Shown here piece after piece: positions 1 to 9,551 of a DNA stretch of 64,000 nucleotides; positions within the stretch are counted from its first letter, which is position 1; each line of letters opens with the position of its first letter. The notes under the pieces were generated by a model, which saw nothing but the letters and a program-made list of their open reading frames with translations, had not been told where the DNA came from and did not search any database. This DNA comes from an uncultured Candidatus Rokubacteria bacterium (GTDB lineage: Bacteria; Methylomirabilota; Methylomirabilia; Rokubacteriales; CSP1-6), in contig CAVXJS010000015.1 of the NCBI GenBank assembly GCA_963762145.1, positions 256,001-320,000 of the forward strand, given 5' to 3'. The translations under genes and the position numbers were made by a program.

Positions 1-317
1 TGCGGATCCGCGGTGATCAGGATGACCGGAATGGTCTCGTCGATCGCGAAGATACGGGGCAGCACCTTGGACCCGGGCTCGCCGGGCATCCGCACGTCGA
101 GCAGCGCCACGTCCACCCGCCGCGCCCCGAGGATCGCGAGTGCGGCGGCGCCGTCGGGCGCCTCCAGCACCTCGAACTCGTCCTGCAGGATGAGCTGCAG
201 CGATTCCCGCACGCCCGGCTCGTCGTCGATGGCGAGCACGACGGGTCGCGGCGGGTAGACCGCCGCGCCGTCACCAGTTCCGTCGGTCTCCTTCCGGATA
301 CACCCCTGAGTTCCCAC
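1..317 (-). CDS. Response regulator, N-terminal receiver domain (partial, runs off window start)
   Basis: Manual translation: VVLAIDDEPGVRESLQLILQDEFEVLEAPDGAAALAIL...VALLDVRMPGE...IPVILITA. GTG at 317 preceded by GGAGG. Not in the ORF track in this frame. Confidence 0.8.
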   Translation of the reverse strand, partial: MGTQGCIRKETDGTGDGAAVYPPRPVVLAIDDEPGVRESLQLILQDEFEVLEAPDGAAALAILGARRVDVALLDVRMPGEPGSKVLPRIFAIDETIPVILITADP

Positions 318-349
318 GCGTATCCCTCCAATCGGGAGAAATGACCGGC

Positions 350-378
350 AAGGTAGGGATCGGCGCGGCTCCTGTCAA
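350..378 (-). promoter_or_regulatory. sigma70-type promoter for the response regulator
   Basis: TTGACA-17nt-TACCTT on the minus strand. Confidence 0.55.
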
Positions 379-627
379 GCAGATTTCTACCCTTACTGCG
401 TCACAACGCGGACCCTGCCGTCTCGCCCCGTCTCCTACTCATGCCGCCCACAAGAAGCCCCTAGTTCGGCCACGTCTGATGGTGTACGTTCGACATGCTG
501 GCCGCCCTGCTCCGTCCCTCCTAGACGACACGGCCAGACGAGGCCTGATAATGGCTCGGCGTTGGTCCCCCGAACCCCGGCAACTCCAGCTCCCGAGCCT
601 GCAACGCTGCATACAAGGATTCCGCCC

Positions 628-1326
628 GTGAAGGCAATCAAGTTTTGCACGGACGCGCTGAGACCAATACTCGGGTGGCGTAGACGACAGCAAGTGCGAG
701 CGCTGTTTACGCGGCGTGACAATCCCCACTGGGGCCGGATTGTCATGGATCGGGAAACCGAAAAGCTTGTACGCAAGCTCCCGTATGCTCAACTTGAGGT
801 GCTGGAGATAGCCGGTGAAAAGTGGATGCCCTTCGGATTCAAGAGTTACGTGAGCGTGGACTATCCGGCCTACGATCTCTGTAAAGACCCCTTGCCGGGG
901 CGCTTCGACCTTGTAATCGCGGAGCAGGTCTTCGAACACCTTCTCCGGCCGTACGTAGCGCTGCGCAATGTGGAAGCCATGCTGCGCCCCGGAGGGTATG
1001 TACTACTTACCACGCCGTTTCTGGTCTGCATTCATCCGGCGCCGGAAGATTGCACGAGATGGTCTCAGGTGGGACTGAAATACTTCATGGCAGAGTGCGG
1101 ATTCTCGCTTGAAGACACGGTCACGGGTGGATGGGGGAACCGAGCATGCGTGATCGCCAATCTGAATGGCGATCACAAGTGGGCGACCTACATCCCCTGG
1201 ATGCACTCTCTCCGAAACGATCCGTGGTTTCCCGTCCACGTATGGGCATTGGGAAGAAAGTCCAGAGCTACCAGCGTCACATCGAGTGATCCGGGATCAC
1301 CGAGGCCGGGATCAATCCGAGCGTGA
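628..1326 (+). CDS. Class I SAM-dependent methyltransferase (Methyltransf_11-like)
   Basis: FDLVIAEQVFEHL...AMLRPGGYVLLTTPF...HPAPEDCTRWS motifs. Start uncertain (562/628/745). Lower GC than flanks. Confidence 0.75.
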   Translation: MKAIKFCTDALRPILGWRRRQQVRALFTRRDNPHWGRIVMDRETEKLVRKLPYAQLEVLEIAGEKWMPFGFKSYVSVDYPAYDLCKDPLPGRFDLVIAEQVFEHLLRPYVALRNVEAMLRPGGYVLLTTPFLVCIHPAPEDCTRWSQVGLKYFMAECGFSLEDTVTGGWGNRACVIANLNGDHKWATYIPWMHSLRNDPWFPVHVWALGRKSRATSVTSSDPGSPRPGSIRA

Positions 1327-1365
1327 GGGTCGGCCGCATAAGCGCGACGGCGAGTATGGCCAAGG

Positions 1366-2844
1366 TCACGGGCGCGGGGCGATGAGCACCACGTACTCGT
1401 TGGCGCCCCCGCCGCGCTGCAGGTACACCGGCACCGACTCGCCAGGTTTGAGTCCCGCGACCGCCTGTCGGAACGCGGCGGCGTCACCGACCGGCCGCCG
1501 GTTCACCTCCAGGATCGCGTCGCCCGCCCGGATGCCGGCAGCGGCGCCTGGGCTGCCCGGGGCGACCTCGGTCACCAGGAGCCCGCTCCGGGCCGCGAGA
1601 CGGCCCTGCTGCGCCGTCTCGGGCGTGAGCGGCTCCACCGTGAGGCCCAGGATCTCGTCGCCGCTCTCGGCCTCCATCGCGTCGTCGGTGGGCTGCTCGC
1701 CGATCGTCACGCTCAGGTTGACCGCCTTCTCCTCGCGCATCACCTTGACCGGCGCGGCACGGCCCGGCTCCACCGCCGCCACCCGCTTCTGCAGATCGGG
1801 CACGTCCTTGACCGCCGACCCGCCGAACTCCACGATGACGTCGCCCGCCTTCAACCCGGCCACCGCGGCGGGGCCATCCTTCATCACGTCGGCCACCAGT
1901 ACGCCCGCGTCTTCCTTCACGCCGAAGCCCGCGGCCAGCTCGGGGCTCAGGTCCTGGATGCCGATGCCCAGCCAGCCGCGCACCACCCGCCCGCGGTTGA
2001 TGAGCTGGGTCATGATGTCGCGCGCCATGTTGATCGGGATCGCGAAGCCGATCCCCTGCCCGGTCGAGACGATCGCGGTGTTGATGCCCACGACGCCGCC
2101 GTCCAGGTTCAGCAGCGGGCCTCCGGAGTTGCCGGGATTGATGGAGGCGTCCGTCTGGATGAAGGCCTCGTACGTGGCCACCCCCACGTGGGTGCGACCG
2201 GTCGCCGAGATGATGCCGACGGTCACGGTGCGGTCGAGACCGAAGGGATTGCCGATGGCGATGGCCCACTGCCCGACGCGCAGCCGGTCCGAGTCGCCCA
2301 GATCGGCCACCGGCAGCGGACCCGTCGGGTTCTCGATCTTGAGCACCGCCAGGTCCGTCCGGCCGTCGCGGCCCACGAGCGTCGCCTTGAACTTGCGGTC
2401 GTCGGAGAGACGCACCTCGATCGCGGTCGCGTTCTCCACCACGTGGTTGTTGGTCAGGATGTAGCCGCGCGGGTCCACCAGGACACCCGAGCCCGCGGCC
2501 CGACCCTCGTCCCGCGGAGCCCGACGGCGGAAGAACCGCTCGAAGAGCTCGGGGCCGAAGAACTCGCGGAAGCGCTCCTCCATCTCCGGCGCCGCGCCGC
2601 TCTCGGGCCGCGCCTCGCGCTTGACCTTGACGCTCACGTTCACCACCGAGGGCGTGACGCGATCCGCGACGGAGACGAACGCGTCCTCCAGGGCGCGCAG
2701 GAGCCGCTGCGAGTCGGGTGCGGGCGCGGCCGGGCGTGACGGCTGGGGCGCGCCGGGCTGCTGCCCGCGCGCCGGCACCGCGAATGCGCTCAGGGCGGCC
2801 ACGAGGAGAAGCGGGACGGCGACGGCGCGGCACGGGATCGTCAT
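1366..2844 (-). CDS. degP: Periplasmic serine endoprotease DegP/DegQ (trypsin + 2 PDZ)
   Basis: Signal peptide; LTNNHVV, TDLAVLKI, IQTDASINPGNSGGPL triad motifs; two PDZ domains. ATG 2844 has GGAGG upstream. Confidence 0.93.
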   Translation of the reverse strand: MTIPCRAVAVPLLLVAALSAFAVPARGQQPGAPQPSRPAAPAPDSQRLLRALEDAFVSVADRVTPSVVNVSVKVKREARPESGAAPEMEERFREFFGPELFERFFRRRAPRDEGRAAGSGVLVDPRGYILTNNHVVENATAIEVRLSDDRKFKATLVGRDGRTDLAVLKIENPTGPLPVADLGDSDRLRVGQWAIAIGNPFGLDRTVTVGIISATGRTHVGVATYEAFIQTDASINPGNSGGPLLNLDGGVVGINTAIVSTGQGIGFAIPINMARDIMTQLINRGRVVRGWLGIGIQDLSPELAAGFGVKEDAGVLVADVMKDGPAAVAGLKAGDVIVEFGGSAVKDVPDLQKRVAAVEPGRAAPVKVMREEKAVNLSVTIGEQPTDDAMEAESGDEILGLTVEPLTPETAQQGRLAARSGLLVTEVAPGSPGAAAGIRAGDAILEVNRRPVGDAAAFRQAVAGLKPGESVPVYLQRGGGANEYVVLIAPRP

Positions 2845-2889
2845 GAGCGGGCCTCCGCGAAACATCTTACCGCCCGAGACGGAGGTCGG

Positions 2890-4224
2890 CTACTCCGGCG
2901 CCCGGTCGGAATCGAGCGCCAGCTCGAGCACCCGCGTCGTGGCCGCGGTCACCGGCGCGATCGAGCCGCGGCGGATGCCCGCGACCCAGATGATCTCGCC
3001 GCCTGCCTCGACGAGCGGGGTCCGCGGGCGCTGCCATCGCGGCACGCCCGCGTCGATCAGGAACGACTTGAGCCGCCGCAGCGCGGGCGCGCCGAACGGC
3101 GAGAAGACGTCACCGCGACGGCGGGCGCGCACCGCGAGCGCGGCCGGCAGCGTGTCGGCGTCGAAGGCGGTGCGCCCCGGCTCGCGCGGGATCGCGTAGT
3201 CGCCGGCGCGCGTGACGATGCGGGCGGTGAGGCGCGCCTCGATCTCGGGCAGCTCGAGCGCGCCCGGCACCGCCCAGGCGCGCGTCACGAGCGAGGACAG
3301 CGCCACCGGCCCGACGCGGAGCCGCCGGCCGCTGCGCTCCACGGCCAGACGGCCCAGCCGGGCCCCGCGACGGGGCGGCTCCTCCCCGAGCATCCGGCGG
3401 AGCGCCCGGTGGGCCGGCCCCCGCAGCGGGCGCGTCTCGCCGAGGACCGCGGCGGCCTGCCGGAGGATCTCGGCGGCCAGCTCGATCGGCCGGTCCGCCA
3501 GCGCCCCGACGTCGAGGCAGAGCCCGCTCCCGTCGCGAACGGCCAGGTGCGCGAGGTCGGCGCGGGCCCGCTCTTCCAGGTCGGCCACCACCGCGCGCGC
3601 CGCGGCCGCCGACCGCCCGAGCGCGTCCACCACCGGCGCTCCGGCGAGCTCGGCCATGAAGGGCAGCAGGTCGTGACGAATGCGATTGCGGAGGAAGCGC
3701 GGGTCGCGATTACTCGGGTCCTCCACCCAGGCGAGCCCGCGGCTGCGCAGGTGCGCCTCGATGGCAGACCGCCGCGTCTCGATCAGAGGCCGGATCAGGA
3801 GCCCGCGCGCCGGCGCGATGCCACCCAGCCCGCGTGGGCCCGCGCCCTGCAGGAGGCGCATCAGCACGGTCTCGGCCTGGTCGTCGGCGCTGTGCCCGGT
3901 GGCGACGCGCGTGGCGCCGATCTCCCGGGCCACGCGCTCGAGTGCGGCGTGACGGGCGCGCCGGCTCTCCGCCTCGAGCCCGTCCCACGGCGACGCCCGG
4001 CGCACCGTGACGCGCTCGACGCGGCAGGGCACGCCCAGACTCTCGGCGAGGCGCCGCACGCCGTCGGCCTCCGCGTCGGCCTCGGGACGCAGGCCGTGAT
4101 GCACGTGGAGGACGGTCAGGGTGAGGGCCAGGGATTCCCGCAGGGCGCAGAGGACATCGAGGAGAGCGACCGAGTCGGAGCCGCCCGAGACGGCGACCAA
4201 GACGATTTCGCCGCCACGGAGCAT
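2890..4224 (-). CDS. tilS: tRNA(Ile)-lysidine synthase
   Basis: VAVSGGSDS PP-loop, HHGLR, ATGHSADDQAET, EDPSN, RNRIRH, TilS C-terminal domain. The frame stays open about 16 codons upstream, so the start may lie near 4272. Confidence 0.93.
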   Translation of the reverse strand: MLRGGEIVLVAVSGGSDSVALLDVLCALRESLALTLTVLHVHHGLRPEADAEADGVRRLAESLGVPCRVERVTVRRASPWDGLEAESRRARHAALERVAREIGATRVATGHSADDQAETVLMRLLQGAGPRGLGGIAPARGLLIRPLIETRRSAIEAHLRSRGLAWVEDPSNRDPRFLRNRIRHDLLPFMAELAGAPVVDALGRSAAAARAVVADLEERARADLAHLAVRDGSGLCLDVGALADRPIELAAEILRQAAAVLGETRPLRGPAHRALRRMLGEEPPRRGARLGRLAVERSGRRLRVGPVALSSLVTRAWAVPGALELPEIEARLTARIVTRAGDYAIPREPGRTAFDADTLPAALAVRARRRGDVFSPFGAPALRRLKSFLIDAGVPRWQRPRTPLVEAGGEIIWVAGIRRGSIAPVTAATTRVLELALDSDRAPE

Positions 4225-4264
4225 CCCGTGACGGCGAATGGTGTCTTCGACTCGAGCGACCAGG

Positions 4265-4945
4265 CTATCCAGATTGCGGCCCCACCCAGACCTCGCCGTC
4301 CTCGAAGTGCTCCTTCTTCCAGATCGGCACCGTCTCCTTCAGCGTGTCGATGGCGAAGCGGCACGCCTCGAAGGCCTGCGCACGATGGGGCGAGGACACC
4401 GCGATCATCACGCTCGACTCGCCGATCTCCAGGCGGCCGATGCGGTGCACCAGGGCGATCCGGGTGATGGCGGGCCAGCGGCTGCGGATGGCGCCGCCGA
4501 TCTCGCGCATCTTGGCCAGCGCCATCGCCCCGTGCGCCTCGTACTCGAGAAACTTCACCCGGCGCCCTCCGGTCTGGTCCCGCACCACGCCCGAGAACAG
4601 GGCCACCGCCCCGGCCCCCGGATGCTCCACCGCCTGCGCGACCGCGCGCTCCGAAAGCGGCCTGGTGGTGACCTCGATCCAGTCCGGCCCGGGCTCGACC
4701 GCGCCGCCGCTCACCGGCGGAAACAAGCAGAGCTCGTCGCCGTCCCCGAGCGGGTGATCGGCGCCGACGTAGTCGTTGCGCAGGGCGAAGAGGGTGTACG
4801 GGCGGTACGGAACGAGGACGGGATACTGGCGGGTGACCGCTTCCCAGGCGCGCTCGACGGTCCCCCCGTCGGCGAGCTCCAGGTCCAGTTGATCGCGGCC
4901 CGCCTCCTCGCGGTAGCGGGCGAACAGCCGGACCTGGACCTTCAT
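4265..4945 (-). CDS. moaX: Molybdopterin synthase MoaD-MoaE fusion (MoaX-type)
   Basis: MoaD N-half ending FPPVSGG, then MoaE (GAVALFSGVVRD, LEYEAH, HRIGRL, PIWKKE). Confidence 0.9.
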   Translation of the reverse strand: MKVQVRLFARYREEAGRDQLDLELADGGTVERAWEAVTRQYPVLVPYRPYTLFALRNDYVGADHPLGDGDELCLFPPVSGGAVEPGPDWIEVTTRPLSERAVAQAVEHPGAGAVALFSGVVRDQTGGRRVKFLEYEAHGAMALAKMREIGGAIRSRWPAITRIALVHRIGRLEIGESSVMIAVSSPHRAQAFEACRFAIDTLKETVPIWKKEHFEDGEVWVGPQSG

Positions 4946-4973
4946 CGAGCGGGCCTGGGCTCTGGCCGGTCGA

Positions 4974-5300
4974 CTAGAACTGGTGCGACGAGCCGCAGCC
5001 GCAGGACGACTTCACGTTCGGGTTCTTGATGGCGAACCCGGCGCCCAGCATGTTGTTGTCCACGTAGTCGATCTCGCTGCCCTGGAGATACGGCGTGCTG
5101 TGGGAATCCACGAACACCTTCACGCCGTTCGACTCGACCACATTGTCGCCCTCGACCGGGGTGTCGTCCCACCCGAGCTCGTACGACATGCCGGAGCAGC
5201 CACCGCCGACGACGCGGATCCGCAGGCCCCACTCGGGCTTACCCTCTTCGAGCCGCAAATCCGAGATCTTCTTGGCGGCCGTCTCAGTCAACGTGAGCAT
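4974..5300 (-). CDS. erpA: A-type Fe-S cluster carrier (IscA/ErpA/HesB)
   Basis: GGGCSGMSY and CGCGSS motifs; AAGGAGG RBS; TGCTATAAT extended -10 about 55 nt upstream. Confidence 0.9.
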   Translation of the reverse strand: MLTLTETAAKKISDLRLEEGKPEWGLRIRVVGGGCSGMSYELGWDDTPVEGDNVVESNGVKVFVDSHSTPYLQGSEIDYVDNNMLGAGFAIKNPNVKSSCGCGSSHQF

Positions 5301-5397
5301 TCGTGCCTCCTTGGGTTTCCCCGCAGGCGCGGGGTATCAGACTGCGGGCTCATTATAGCAGAAGGGTCGGGCCCTTGCCGGGGGAGACCGCCCGCGC

Positions 5398-6116
5398 TCA
5401 GAGGATGCCGCCCGCGGGCAGCAGGGTCAGCTCCTCCAGGGTGGCGTTGGGGTCCAGGGAGGCCATCAGCAGGGCGGCTTCCGCCACCTGGTCCGGGCGC
5501 AGCATGCGTTCCCGGGCGGGCGCCGCGGGCATGGCGTCCCAGAGGGGGGTGTCGGTGGCGCCGGCCGAGAGCACTCCGACCCGGACCCCGTGGGCCCGCA
5601 TCTCCTCGGCCAGCACCCGGGAGAAGCCGAGCAGTGCGTATTTCGACGCGGTGTAGGCGGCGCTCCCGGTGAGCGTCCGGCTGGTCACCACCGAGCCCAC
5701 GTTGATGATGGTGCCCCGGTGCTGAGCGATCATGGCGGGCAGGACCGCCCGGCAGCACAGCACCGCGCCGCGGAGGTTCACCGCCAGCATCTGGTCCCAG
5801 TCGTCCAGCTTGGAGTCCGTCACCGGCGCGAAGGTGGCAAGGCCGGCCGCGTTCACCAGCGCGTCCACCCGCCCCCACTCGGCGAGCGCCCGCCGCGCGA
5901 GGGCCTCGACCGCGCGCCTCCTGTCGCACGTCGGTCGGGACGCTGAGGACCCGTCCGCCGGCCTGGGCGATCTCGCGCGCCACGCCGTCGAGCTCGCGGC
6001 GCGGAGCGCGCGGCCAGCGCCACCGCGGCGCCCTCGCGCGCCAGGCGCACCGCGACCGCCCGCCCGATGCCGCGGCCGGCCCCGGTGACGACGGCGACCT
6101 GGCCCGCGAGCTTCAA
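5398..6116 (-). CDS. SDR oxidoreductase, bacterial sepiapterin-reductase-like (frameshifted in assembly)
   Basis: TTG overlapping folE stop; [45 protein letters not shown]. Frameshifts near 5880-6020. Confidence 0.8.
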
Positions 6117-6677
6117 ATGACCAGCCCCCCGCGCGACCGGATCAGCTCCATGAACTCGGCGCGGGTCTCCGCGTTCTCGCGGAAGGCGCCGAGCATCGCG
6201 GACGTCACCGCCTTGGAGTTCTGCTTCTCCACGCCCCGCATCAGCATGCACATGTGCAGCGCCTCCACGACCACCGCGACCCCGCGCGGCTGCAGCACGT
6301 CGTTGAGCGTGTGGGCGATCTGAGTGGTGAGCCGCTCCTGCACCTGAAGCCGGCGCGCGAACATCTCCACGAGCCGCGGCAGCTTCGACAGCCCCACGAT
6401 CTTGCGCGACGGCATGTACGCGATGTGGCACTTGCCAAAGAATGGGAGGAGGTGATGCTCGCACAGGGAATAGAAGTCGATGTCCTTCACCACCACCATC
6501 TCGTCGTATTCCTCGGTGAAGAGCGCCTCGTTCAGCACCGCGTGCACGTCCTGCTTGTAGCCGGAGGTGAGGTACTCCCACGCCTTGGCCACGCGGACCG
6601 GTGTCTTCTCGAGGCCCTCGCGGGTCGGGTCCTCGCCGATCTCCTTCAGGAGGTCGTGGATCGAGCCGCTCGATCAT
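6113..6677 (-). CDS. folE: GTP cyclohydrolase I type 1
   Basis: [55 protein letters not shown] overlap with upstream gene. One frameshift near 6660. Confidence 0.93.
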
Positions 6678-7110
6678 CGGGGGATCACCTCGTCGGCGTG
6701 GGTCTCGCCGGAGTACTCGAACACGTTGTTGGCGGTCTCCACCAGCGCCACGCGCCGGAGCACGCCCGGGGGCAGCGCCGCCTCGATCCATTCGCTAGAA
6801 CACGCGGGCCAGGTTCTCGCCGGTGGTGATCACGCCCGTCGAGCGCGGGCACGGTGGCGGACAGGTCGTAGTGGTCCACGCGGTCCAGCACCGCGGACTT
6901 CACCGCCGCGTCCACCACGCCCAGATCGACCGACATGCCGGTGGCGGGGTCGAGCGCGCCAGCCACCGTCACCTCGAGCCCGTAGTTGTGCCCGTGCTGG
7001 CGGAAGCACTGGCCGTAGATCGCGCGTTCTCCTCGTCGGAGAGGGCGGGATTGGCGAGCTGGTGGGCGGCGCTGAAGTGATAGCGCGCGGGTGACCGCGA
7101 AGGCGCTCAC
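6674..7110 (-). CDS. 6-pyruvoyl-tetrahydropterin synthase family (COG0720) protein 2 (frameshifted)
   Basis: Reconstructed HFSAAHQLANPALSDEENA.IYGQCFRQHGHNYGLEVTV...DPATGM...DH...TTGENLA...ETANNVFEY. Confidence 0.85.
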
Positions 7111-7507
7111 CCGCCGAGGTACTCCACGTAGAAGGTGGGGTCCTCCCAGAGCCGCAGGCGATGCAGGCGATCGGCGCCGAGCTTGGGGCCGAGCAGGTCC
7201 CAGATCACGCGGACGAGGTTCTCGGTGGTGGGGATCGTGCCGGGCGGGAAGAGCGGGTCCAGGTTGAGATCCGCGTGATCGAAGCGGGACACCACCGCAT
7301 CGCCGACCACGCGCTTGAGCTCGGCCAGGTCCATCACCATGCCCGTGCGCGGGTCGACTCGCCCGCGGATCGTCACCTCGAGCGCGTAGTTGTGCCCGTG
7401 CGACACCGTGAGGGAGCCGAACACCCGCGCGTTCTCCTCCGCGCTCCACTCGGGCCGCCGTAGCGATGGCCCGCCGAGAACGTGAACTTCCGGGTCGCGT
7501 ACACCAT
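7107..7507 (-). CDS. 6-pyruvoyl-tetrahydropterin synthase family (COG0720) protein 1 (one frameshift)
   Basis: MVYATRKFTFSAGHRY(W)RPEWSAEENARVFGSLTVSHGHNYALEVTI...DPRTGMVMDL...FDH...PTTENL...WEDPTFYVEY. Confidence 0.85.
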
Positions 7508-7519
7508 GGCGGCCGTCAC

Positions 7520-8623
7520 GCCTCCTCGTGCCTGCTGGCGCTGCCGGTCCTGCGTGGAGTGTACCGCGCTCAGGAAGCGCTCCGCGACGACGCGCGCGGC
7601 GTGAACCCCAGCGACGCGGCGGCGGCCCTCCTGCGCCCAGGCGTCGGGCCAGCGCGGGCTCGCGGATCAGCCGCTCGAGCGTCTCCGCGAGCGCGCCCGG
7701 ATCGCGCGGCGGCGACCAGCAGCCCGGTCGCGCCGTCGAGCACGACCTCGGGCACCGCTGCGGCGCGGCACGCCACCACCGGCAGCCCGGCGGCCATCGC
7801 CTCGAGGAACACGATGCCGAACCCCTCCTGCACCGAGGGCAGGCAGAAGACGTCGGCGTTCGACGTACTCCTCGGCGAGCGCGCTCGCGGGTCACGTCGC
7901 CCAGGAGGACGACCGCGTCGCCCAGCCCCAGCTCCGCGTGCAGGCGATCGAGGGCGTCCCACTCCGGACCGCGGCCGACGATGCGCACCTGCACCCCGGG
8001 CACGCGCGTGCGCAGGAGCGCGGCGGCGTGCAGGAGATCGGCGAGGCGCTTGCGCGGGTACATGCGGGCGACGCACAGCACCACCGGGCCGTGACGGGGC
8101 CGCCGCGGCGCACGCCAGAACTGGTCGTCCCAGACCTCGAGGTCGATCGGCTCGGGCACGACCGCCAGGCGCTCGGCAGGCACGCCGTACTCGCGCCGCG
8201 GCCACCTCGGCCGAGTAGCGGCTCGTCACGACGACGAGGTCGGCGCGGTGCGACGTTGCGACGCTCCCAGCGCGCCTGCAGCCGAGAGCAGGATCGCGCA
8301 CCCAGCCCGCGCTCGTTCCGCAGCTCGTCGGCGATGATGCCCTTGAGGCTCGCCACGAACGGCAGCGCGCGCCGACGCGCCCACAGGAAGCCGTCGAGAT
8401 CCACCCCGAGCACGAGATCGGCCTCGCGCGGCGGCCGCAGGGCGACGGCCGCGTTGTAGAGCCATCGGTCGAGGGTGTGAAACCCGGTGCGGCGCCCGAG
8501 CGGGCGCAGGGTGACCTGGTGCCCGAGCTGGGCGAGCCCTTGCGCCAGCCCCGCGATGCCGACGAAGGTCCCGCTCCCCTCGAGAGGATTGAGAGGGGTC
8601 GACGAGAGGACGGTGACGCGCAG
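7520..8623 (-). CDS. GT4 family glycosyltransferase (frameshifted)
   Basis: LRVTVLSSTPLNPLEGSGTF...VARMYPRKRL...IVGRGPE...ADVFCLPSVQEGFGIVFLEAMAAGLPVVA. Start (CTG 8623) and end are uncertain. Confidence 0.82.
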
Positions 8624-8627
8624 AGCG

Positions 8628-9413
8628 CTACCGCCCCTGGAACCGGGGCGCCCGCTTCTCGAGGAAGGCCCGCGTGCCTTCCTTGTAGTCCTCGCTGTCG
8701 AACGTCGTGATGCCCAGGGAGCGGAGGTTCTCGCGATGGGCGTCGGTGATGCCCTCGAAGATGGCCTGCACCTGGGCCTTGGTTCCCCGCACCGAGAGCG
8801 GCGCGTTGGCCGCGACCTTCTTCAGGTAGTCGTAGGTGTAGGCCTCGAGCTCGGCGGCGGGGACCAGGCGCTGGATGAAGCCGATGCGGAGCGCCTCCTC
8901 CGCCTCCACGGTGCGGGCCGAGTAGAGGATGTCCTTGGCGTAGGCCGGCCCGACCAGGTCCACGAGCTGATGCACCGGATCGAGCCCGTAGATGATGCTG
9001 AGCCGCGCGGCCGGGATGCCGAACTTCGAGCCGGCCGCCGCGAAGCGGAAATCCGCCGCCATCGCGAGCGCCATGGCGCCACCCATGCAATAACCGAAGA
9101 CCATCGCCACCGTGGGCTTCGGGCACACCCGGATAGAGGAGTAGGCGGCCTCGGTCTGCTGGTTGTAGTTGAGCGCGGTCGCGGTGTCCTTGCGGTTCTC
9201 CTGGAACTCGGAGATGTCTGCCCCGGAGGCGAAGGCGTCGGTGCCCGCGCCGCGGTAGACGATGGCGCGCACCGTGTCGTCCTTGGAGAGGCGGTCGGTC
9301 ACCGCGGCGATCTCCGACCACATGGCCAGGCTGATCGCGTTGCGCATCTTGGGCCGGTTGAACACGACGGTGGCGACGGGCCCGTCCTGCTCCACCAGGA
9401 TATGGTCACTCAT
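8628..9413 (-). CDS. Enoyl-CoA hydratase/isomerase (crotonase) family protein
   Basis: NRPKMRNAI, AFASGADISEF, CMGGAM, SEDYKEGTRAFLEKRAPRFQGR. Confidence 0.9.
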   Translation of the reverse strand: MSDHILVEQDGPVATVVFNRPKMRNAISLAMWSEIAAVTDRLSKDDTVRAIVYRGAGTDAFASGADISEFQENRKDTATALNYNQQTEAAYSSIRVCPKPTVAMVFGYCMGGAMALAMAADFRFAAAGSKFGIPAARLSIIYGLDPVHQLVDLVGPAYAKDILYSARTVEAEEALRIGFIQRLVPAAELEAYTYDYLKKVAANAPLSVRGTKAQVQAIFEGITDAHRENLRSLGITTFDSEDYKEGTRAFLEKRAPRFQGR

Positions 9414-9551
9414 GTCGTCTTCTCTCCCTTGGGGCTCGCAGGCGGGCCGCGGTCTGGGTCACGGGGAATCAGTTTATCGGACGGCCGGACCGACTTCAAC
9501 CGAGGGCCTGCTTATTTGGCGATGATTTACCCGGTGCGATAGGATGCGGTC

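Noticed and set aside
6113-7507. Queuosine or 7-deazaguanine (queD-folE) cluster
   Set aside because: No queC, queE, queF, tgt or dpd genes nearby. Both PTPS proteins have the BH4-type N-terminal segment and sit with an SDR and a GT. Not fully excluded, because gene 2 has C-X3-HGH.
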